From assembly GCA_031398555.1 (NCBI GenBank), contig JANNNN010000023.1, positions 1 through 33,664 of the forward strand: DNA of 33,664 bases, in the 5' to 3' direction. Made by a program: the position numbers and the translations under genes. This document shows, piece after piece, positions 28,070 through 33,664 of this stretch (positions are counted from its first letter, which is position 1; the number at the start of each line of letters is the position of its first letter). The notes under the pieces were generated by a model, which saw nothing but the letters and a program-made list of their open reading frames with translations, did not search any database and was not told the DNA's origin. The stretch is from Planctomycetia bacterium. Lineage in GTDB: Bacteria > Planctomycetota > Planctomycetia > Pirellulales > Pirellulaceae.

Positions 28070-29770
28070 ATGTACCGGCCATTCTACTTCACGGGTTTAG
28101 TGATCACTTCGCTGATTGTTTCACTTAGCGGATGCGGCGGGAGCACCGAAGTCGCTCAGAATACAACGCCGCCTGTGGCATCGCCACCTCCTGCATCTAC
28201 CGAAAACGCGACTCAAGGCAACTCGATGGCACCGCCACCAGATGGTATGAGTGAACCGTCTATGAGTAGTGAGGGATCTGGGATGGCTGGCGGATACACT
28301 CCTCCCCCAGAGGACGGCGGTATGATGCCCGGGCCCGGGTTCAACGGAAATAGCGGTGGACCAGGTGTACTCAACTCGGGTGGGTCAGCTGAGATGGGTG
28401 ATGGGATGGGTGGCATGCCCTCGAATTATGGAAACCCTTACGGCAACATGGGCTCTGGAAACATGGGCTCTGGAAACATGGGCATGGGTGGTGGTATGGG
28501 AATGCCAATGAACGGAATGGGAGGAATGGGTATGGGAGGCATGGGAGGTGGGCAGTTCACGCCGCCTGAAGATCCCGCTCCAGCCGACGACGCTGACTAC
28601 TTGACCAAGGGCCGTTATGCATTCTCGATTGGTAAGGAAAAAGAAGCCATTGATTACGCCCGGGCGTTTGCCATCGCTGCACCCGAGGGTACTGACGTTC
28701 TTCAAAAGACAAAATGGTTCACCGCAGGTTTGCGCCCCATAACATCGGCCCGTTTCGCAGTCGGCGTTGTCCTCGAAGCTCCAGCCACAATGACCGATTT
28801 CAAGCCGATGGGTTCCAAGCAGTTGCAAGGTGGCGGCAATGCCGGCGGCATGGCGATGGGAAGCCAAGCAAACGCTGCACAAAACAAGAATGTAAAAGCA
28901 AAGGAGCACGCGCTCTACGATCTTACAGGCAGTTTCGGTGAAGCCGTCATCGCGGGATTCGAAGAACGCTGGTCAGCAGGCAATTTTGGTTCGGTCTACA
29001 ACGATGTAGAAAGGTTTGTTCCCAAGCTTCCTGTCGGAAACAATGGCATGGGCATGGGCGGCATGGGTATGGGTGGAATGAGCAGTGGGATGAGTGGTAT
29101 GGAAATGGGCGGGGCGGGTATGCCTGAAATGGGAATGGGAATGGGAGGCATGCCCGGCGGCGGCGATGGTCAATCCGCGCCGCGGGCGAAAATTATGCCT
29201 GGCTCAATCGTTGTACCGGGCATGGTCTACATTGGTACCAGCGAAAAACAGGCTGACCTGATGAAGAAAGCCGAAGATCGTGGCGTAGATCTGGTTTTTC
29301 TTTTCGATGTAAAAGTTTCACCACCTAATCGACTCAACGGAATCGTTCAGAATGAAGCTAAGGTTCGCGTCGTTTCACTAAAGGGAGATCCCTTGGCCCG
29401 GTCTAGTGAACTATTGAATACCGAAGTTGAACGCGCCTCGATGCGAGCTTCCGGCGAGGATGAAGTCGCCAAAGCGACGGATAAATTCTTTGCGCAGTTA
29501 GACTCCAAAGTCAAATTTGGTGACATGCCTCCCCTTAAGCCCGAACATGCTAAAGCTCGATTGGTTCAAGTTCTTTCAAACTCGAAACTAAGCAAGCTTG
29601 AAAAACTGTTCGAAGTTTCTCTTTATTACTCCATGAAGCTGATTACGGACGATGAAAAACTTACAGCCTGCTTGATCGTCATGGAGGGTAGCGAAGGCGA
29701 ATCACTCGCTAACGGTCGACCTGAGGATAAGCAAGCCGTTTTGGATACACTTCTTCCGAACTACAAGTAA
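28070..29770 (+). CDS. Predicted lipoprotein with Gly/Met/Pro-rich low-complexity regions
   Basis: Lipobox LSGC after a hydrophobic stretch; long GM-rich tracts; 15 bp tandem repeat encoding NMGSG near 28445-28483. Confidence 0.8.
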   Translation: MYRPFYFTGLVITSLIVSLSGCGGSTEVAQNTTPPVASPPPASTENATQGNSMAPPPDGMSEPSMSSEGSGMAGGYTPPPEDGGMMPGPGFNGNSGGPGVLNSGGSAEMGDGMGGMPSNYGNPYGNMGSGNMGSGNMGMGGGMGMPMNGMGGMGMGGMGGGQFTPPEDPAPADDADYLTKGRYAFSIGKEKEAIDYARAFAIAAPEGTDVLQKTKWFTAGLRPITSARFAVGVVLEAPATMTDFKPMGSKQLQGGGNAGGMAMGSQANAAQNKNVKAKEHALYDLTGSFGEAVIAGFEERWSAGNFGSVYNDVERFVPKLPVGNNGMGMGGMGMGGMSSGMSGMEMGGAGMPEMGMGMGGMPGGGDGQSAPRAKIMPGSIVVPGMVYIGTSEKQADLMKKAEDRGVDLVFLFDVKVSPPNRLNGIVQNEAKVRVVSLKGDPLARSSELLNTEVERASMRASGEDEVAKATDKFFAQLDSKVKFGDMPPLKPEHAKARLVQVLSNSKLSKLEKLFEVSLYYSMKLITDDEKLTACLIVMEGSEGESLANGRPEDKQAVLDTLLPNYK

Positions 29771-29782
29771 GAATTCAAGTTG

Positions 29783-29855
29783 GTAGCTGGTTTCGTTAGA
29801 AACCGGTTACGAATTAGAAATTTTGCAAAGCACCGATTTCTCACGAAACCAGCTA
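29783..29855. repeat. GTAG-type REP doublet (REPIN-like), degenerate copy 2
   Basis: GTAGCTGGTTTCGTTAGAAACCGG ... CCGATTTCTCACGAAACCAGCTA; same arms as 1954-2028 with a different spacer. Confidence 0.82.
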
Positions 29856-29970
29856 AATTTACTCTTTGAAAATGTTTCACAGCCTTGCTTGGCAGTTGAA
29901 GCTTAGTGGATTCGCTCGTAAGTCAGCCTTCGATCTTTCGAAGGCTGTTTTTCATTCACGAAGGCTTAGT

Positions 29971-30375
29971 ATGTCTGACAATCCAACCAACCCTTATGCT
30001 CCTATTCCAATACCGTTGAGGACGGAAACACCGATTCAGATCGACGATCCTACCCACACAAAAATTAAGGCCATCATCAAGGACGCGGATCAATTTTGGC
30101 TCGCGATTTTGTTGTGCCTCCTGTGCTCTGGGATAGGCAGCATAGTCATTGGTGTCTGGTATTTGGTGCGATTGCTGCAGTGGAACTCCATGAGCCAAGC
30201 CCAACCTTTGCTCATGGTCGCAAACCCGACTCCAGGAAGCATAGCGGCGAAATTTCAAGGAGCGAAAATTAAGCTGATTGCGGGTTTCGCATTCGGAATA
30301 CTAATGCTTTTGCTGGTGTTTGCGTACATTGCGATTGTAATCTTTAGCGGTATCGCAATGCAACCGCAGCGGTGA
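29971..30375 (+). CDS. Hypothetical membrane protein (2-3 TM) with N-terminal NPY motif
   Basis: MSDNPTNPYAP start and two long hydrophobic segments. The ATG at 29971 is preferred over the TTG at 29866. Confidence 0.7.
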   Translation: MSDNPTNPYAPIPIPLRTETPIQIDDPTHTKIKAIIKDADQFWLAILLCLLCSGIGSIVIGVWYLVRLLQWNSMSQAQPLLMVANPTPGSIAAKFQGAKIKLIAGFAFGILMLLLVFAYIAIVIFSGIAMQPQR

Positions 30376-30403
30376 CGTCAGTGGTGCAATCAATATTGAA
30401 AAG

Positions 30404-31579
30404 GTGACTCAAGTGCGATTGAAAAGAACTTTTTGGTTGGGGTTGGTGACCAAGATTGCCGGCGTACTGACCTATTTTCTAATAGGAAAATCCGATGCCT
30501 ACGCGCAAAGTCCGAGCGCAGGGGATCGGACGGCAATCCTCAAAGCCTGCGAGCCTCCTGAGGCGTGGCAAGGCCGGTTTGGCATGTATCGTTCACCGCT
30601 TAACTTCAATGACGGTCACGCGGTAAAATCAAAGGCCGACTGGCAACTCAGACGCAACGAATTGTTATCTGATTGGAATGGCTTACTAGGAGCTTGGCCG
30701 GCGCTCATTACCGAACCCAAGGTGGAGGTACTTGAAGAAGTTCGTCGTGAGAACTTTAAGCAACTGAAAATCCGCTTCCTCTGGACCCCCAACGAATTTA
30801 CCACGGGATACTTGCTGATCCCTGACGGCGATGGGAAACGGCCAGCGGTGTTGACGGTTTACTACGACCCGGAAACGTCGATCGGACTCGGCAAAGAGCT
30901 TCGCGATTTTGGCTTGCAGTTGGCCCGTCGAGGTTTTGTTGTTTTGTCGCTCGGCACAACCGCAGCCACCGAAGCCAAGACCTACGCACTGTATTACCCT
31001 TCGATTGAAAATGCTCAAGTGCAGCCGCTATCAATGCTCGCCTATGCAGCCGCTAATGCGTGGTATGTATTAGCCGCAAGACCCGAAGTCGACGCCGAGC
31101 GGATTGGCATCGCGGGCCATTCTTTTGGCGGTAAGTGGGCGATGTTTGCGAGCTGTCTGTTCGACAAATTCGCGGCCGCCGCTTGGTCTGATCCTGGGAT
31201 TGTTTTCGATAACACCCGTTCAAATATTAATTACTGGGAACCTTGGTATCTCGGATACCATCCTCAGCCCTGGCGAACTCGCGGACTAATAACCCCCGAC
31301 AATCCAGCCTACGGAATCTATCCCAAACTGATGGCTGATGGGCGCGACTTGCATGAATTGCATGCCTTGATGGCTCCTCGGCCTTTCCTGGTTTCCGGCG
31401 GCAGTGAAGATCCTCCGCAGCGCTGGGAAGCACTGAATCACACGATTGAAGTAAACAAACTGTTGGGATTCAAAGACCGAGTCGGCATGACGAATCGTCC
31501 GGCGCATGACCCGACGGAAGATTCGAATAAAGCGATTTATCAATTTTTCGGACATTTCTTGGACCCAAGGAACAAATAG
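30404..31579 (+). CDS. Secreted alpha/beta hydrolase (dienelactone hydrolase/esterase-like)
   Basis: Nucleophile elbow GHSFGG, EVDAERIGI, LHALMAPRPFLV and a C-terminal His (PAHDP); signal-like AYA-Q. Confidence 0.85.
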   Translation: MTQVRLKRTFWLGLVTKIAGVLTYFLIGKSDAYAQSPSAGDRTAILKACEPPEAWQGRFGMYRSPLNFNDGHAVKSKADWQLRRNELLSDWNGLLGAWPALITEPKVEVLEEVRRENFKQLKIRFLWTPNEFTTGYLLIPDGDGKRPAVLTVYYDPETSIGLGKELRDFGLQLARRGFVVLSLGTTAATEAKTYALYYPSIENAQVQPLSMLAYAAANAWYVLAARPEVDAERIGIAGHSFGGKWAMFASCLFDKFAAAAWSDPGIVFDNTRSNINYWEPWYLGYHPQPWRTRGLITPDNPAYGIYPKLMADGRDLHELHALMAPRPFLVSGGSEDPPQRWEALNHTIEVNKLLGFKDRVGMTNRPAHDPTEDSNKAIYQFFGHFLDPRNK

Positions 31580-31672
31580 ACATTCGCAAAGGACTTTTAA
31601 CTCGGGCTTACCTCTGCGGCAACGCAACGCCTTGCGTCGAATTGAGTTGGCACACCTAGTAAACAACAAGAA

Positions 31673-33553
31673 ATGAACGACATGGAAAAATTCGAGTCCT
31701 CAACAGAAACAATCTACACCCCGTCTCATTCAGTAACGAAGAAGTGTCCTCGTATTCCAAAGACGAGACCAAGACTCGAGTTCTTGCCGTTGTTCATTGT
31801 CTTGACTTGGAGTTCCCTAACCTTCCCGATTTCATTCGCTCACGAAGGCCATGACCATGGATTGGAAGATCCCAATGCACGCGTTTGGACGCTGTGCGAT
31901 ACGGGCATGCACATTCACGCATCATTCGTCGCATCGCAAGATGGTAACGTACAAGTTCGCCGCGTCGATGGAAAAGTCATTTCACTAAAGATCGCCGAGT
32001 TAACGGTAACGGATCAAAAATGGATCGAACAAAAGACCATTCAAGTTCGACGACTGAACGAACGTACCAAGTCACTCATGTCTGCCAACTTCGTTACAAC
32101 TAGTGCCGTCGGAACACCCGACATCGCTGATTCATTTGAGCCCTACGCAAAGCTTAATGCGGTCAAGTATCGACAAGATGCTAACTTCTTTTACGTCGAA
32201 TCGAACTCCATGCCTGACCACAAGATGATGGTCGGTATCACTGCATGGCAACAGCAAGTACCCTTACCCCAACCGTACTTTGGCGATAACGCGTGGCGCA
32301 TTCCACTAGAGCCGGTCGTTGCCAAGAATCCACTATCGGCCAAGTCGCATTTCTTTCGCGGCGCGATCGCTTTAGCAGCCAACGGTATTCCGATCTTCAA
32401 CCCCATCAAGAATGATGGCAGAACAGACACGTTGCTGGCGGGTGAACTGGACGAGTTCGGTGGACACTGCGGCCGAGCGGACGATTACCACTATCACATC
32501 GCTCCCACGCACTTGCAGAACATCGTCGGCAAAGACAAACCGGTTGCCTACGCACTCGATGGATATGCAATTTATGGATACACCGAGCCAGACGGTGCAA
32601 AGGTCGTAGGACTCGACCCGTTTAATGGCCATACATCTTCAGAGCTTGGCTATCACTATCACGCGACTAAAACCTATCCGTATCTTAACGGAGGCTTCCA
32701 CGGTGAAGTCGTAGAACGCGACGGTCAAGTCGACCCACAACCACACGCTGAAGGGATGCGCGAAGCTCTTCAGCCACTTCGCGGAGCAAAGATCACCGGC
32801 TTCGAATCGAAGGATAACAAAAACTTTAAGCTCACATTTGTCGTTGGCAACGAGACGAGATTTGTGAACTACGTTTTGAAAGATAACGGCACAGTGAAAT
32901 TCGACTTCGTGGATGGCAACGGCAAAGTCAAATCCGAAACTTATTCACCTCGCCAACGTGGCCCGGGCGGCGGCGGTCGACCTCCACGCGATGATCCGCC
33001 ACCCCGCAGAGATCCCTCACCGCGAAACGACTCACCACGAGGTAACCAACCGCCAGAAAAAACTCCGCCCCAAACGGAAAAATCTGAAGCTTCCAAAGCG
33101 GAAACAGGATTCATCGTATCGAGTCCCGCGATAGGTGTGGATGGAATGCTCCCTGTTGAATTTACCTGTGATGGCCAAAGCGCTTCGCCACCGATCCAGT
33201 GGAAAGATTCGCCGGCTGGAGCCAAGTCATTTGCTCTAAGTCTTTGGCACACTGCGCCCGATCAAGAAAAGTCGTATTGGCTGATCTACAACATTCCCGC
33301 CAGCGTGGACCATTTAGACAAAAACGACAAGCAAACCGGAACCATCGGATTGAATGACAAAAAGAGGGCAGCCTACGATCCCATGTGCTCGAAGGGGCCA
33401 GGCGTCAAAGAGTACCACGTTACCGTCTACGCGTTGTCCTCTGAATTGAAACTAGCTAAAGGAAGTGACAATCGTGCTGGATTGCTAAAGGCGATTAAAA
33501 AAATTACGTTGGCTGAAACAACTCTCGATTTTAAGTACGAGCGAAAGAAGTAG
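31673..33553 (+). CDS. Secreted multidomain protein: SHD1-like + YHYH + PEBP (YbhB/YbcL-like)
   Basis: Signal ending SFA-HEGHDH; RVWT..IHASFV..RRVDGKVI..LTVTDQKWI (SHD1-like); GAIALAANGIPIFNP, DYHYH, ALDGYAIYG and GYHYHAT (YHYH); Pro/Arg linker; FTCDG..SPPIQW..WLIYNIP..YHVTVYAL (PEBP). Confidence 0.85.
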   Translation: MNDMEKFESSTETIYTPSHSVTKKCPRIPKTRPRLEFLPLFIVLTWSSLTFPISFAHEGHDHGLEDPNARVWTLCDTGMHIHASFVASQDGNVQVRRVDGKVISLKIAELTVTDQKWIEQKTIQVRRLNERTKSLMSANFVTTSAVGTPDIADSFEPYAKLNAVKYRQDANFFYVESNSMPDHKMMVGITAWQQQVPLPQPYFGDNAWRIPLEPVVAKNPLSAKSHFFRGAIALAANGIPIFNPIKNDGRTDTLLAGELDEFGGHCGRADDYHYHIAPTHLQNIVGKDKPVAYALDGYAIYGYTEPDGAKVVGLDPFNGHTSSELGYHYHATKTYPYLNGGFHGEVVERDGQVDPQPHAEGMREALQPLRGAKITGFESKDNKNFKLTFVVGNETRFVNYVLKDNGTVKFDFVDGNGKVKSETYSPRQRGPGGGGRPPRDDPPPRRDPSPRNDSPRGNQPPEKTPPQTEKSEASKAETGFIVSSPAIGVDGMLPVEFTCDGQSASPPIQWKDSPAGAKSFALSLWHTAPDQEKSYWLIYNIPASVDHLDKNDKQTGTIGLNDKKRAAYDPMCSKGPGVKEYHVTVYALSSELKLAKGSDNRAGLLKAIKKITLAETTLDFKYERKK

Positions 33554-33664
33554 TGATCGGCAATTGGAATCTGCTCGCTCACTGACGATGAGGCCAACTA
33601 GTGTCCGAGGAAATATAACGATTGGGGACCGGCATCCCCAGAACTATACAACTGAAAAAACTGC

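Noticed and set aside
364-33252. Numerous short antisense or overlapping ORFs in the track (e.g. 9076-9636+, 17742-18245+, 27204-27686+, 28385-28909-, 22082-22270-, 23360-23542-)
   Set aside because: They are shadows of well-supported genes or motif-less intergenic ORFs with no recognisable family signature.
33582-33615. CTGACGA...GAAA resembling a hammerhead ribozyme core
   Set aside because: Stem II cannot form between the core motifs, and no stems I/III are evident.

Overview
A 33.7 kb window that looks planctomycete (Pirellula-like). This is inferred from PVC-type heme/dehydrogenase genes, an SHD1-like domain, an NPY-motif membrane protein and the repeat types. The left flank is housekeeping: rplS, yraN, queC and a SEC-C/TPR-like protein. 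The right flank holds secreted and membrane proteins. Between them (~4.7-24.0 kb) is a dense signalling and stress cluster: an HD-GYP protein, two stand-alone receivers, an ABCD-type transporter, two hybrid histidine kinases, KaiB, a broken KaiC, an NtrC-type sigma54 activator, an Hpt protein, DUF1328, an AI-2E transporter, a broken GH13/CBM48 glycogen enzyme and CsbD/DUF883-like proteins. Reading the DNA directly shows five things. (i) Four consensus sigma54 -24/-12 promoters plus one palindromic two-way site, which suggests a self-contained sigma54 regulon. (ii) A deletion that joined kaiC to the last 13 residues of a lost second kaiB. (iii) A second internal deletion that removed the catalytic domain of the glycogen enzyme. 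(iv) A 122 bp MITE with 15 bp TIRs and an 11 bp target duplication, carrying a GTAG-REP doublet. (v) Further REP doublets and several 15-17 bp micro-duplications. I saw no tRNA, rRNA, CRISPR array, integrase or transposase. All family calls come from motif recognition by eye, with no database searches.
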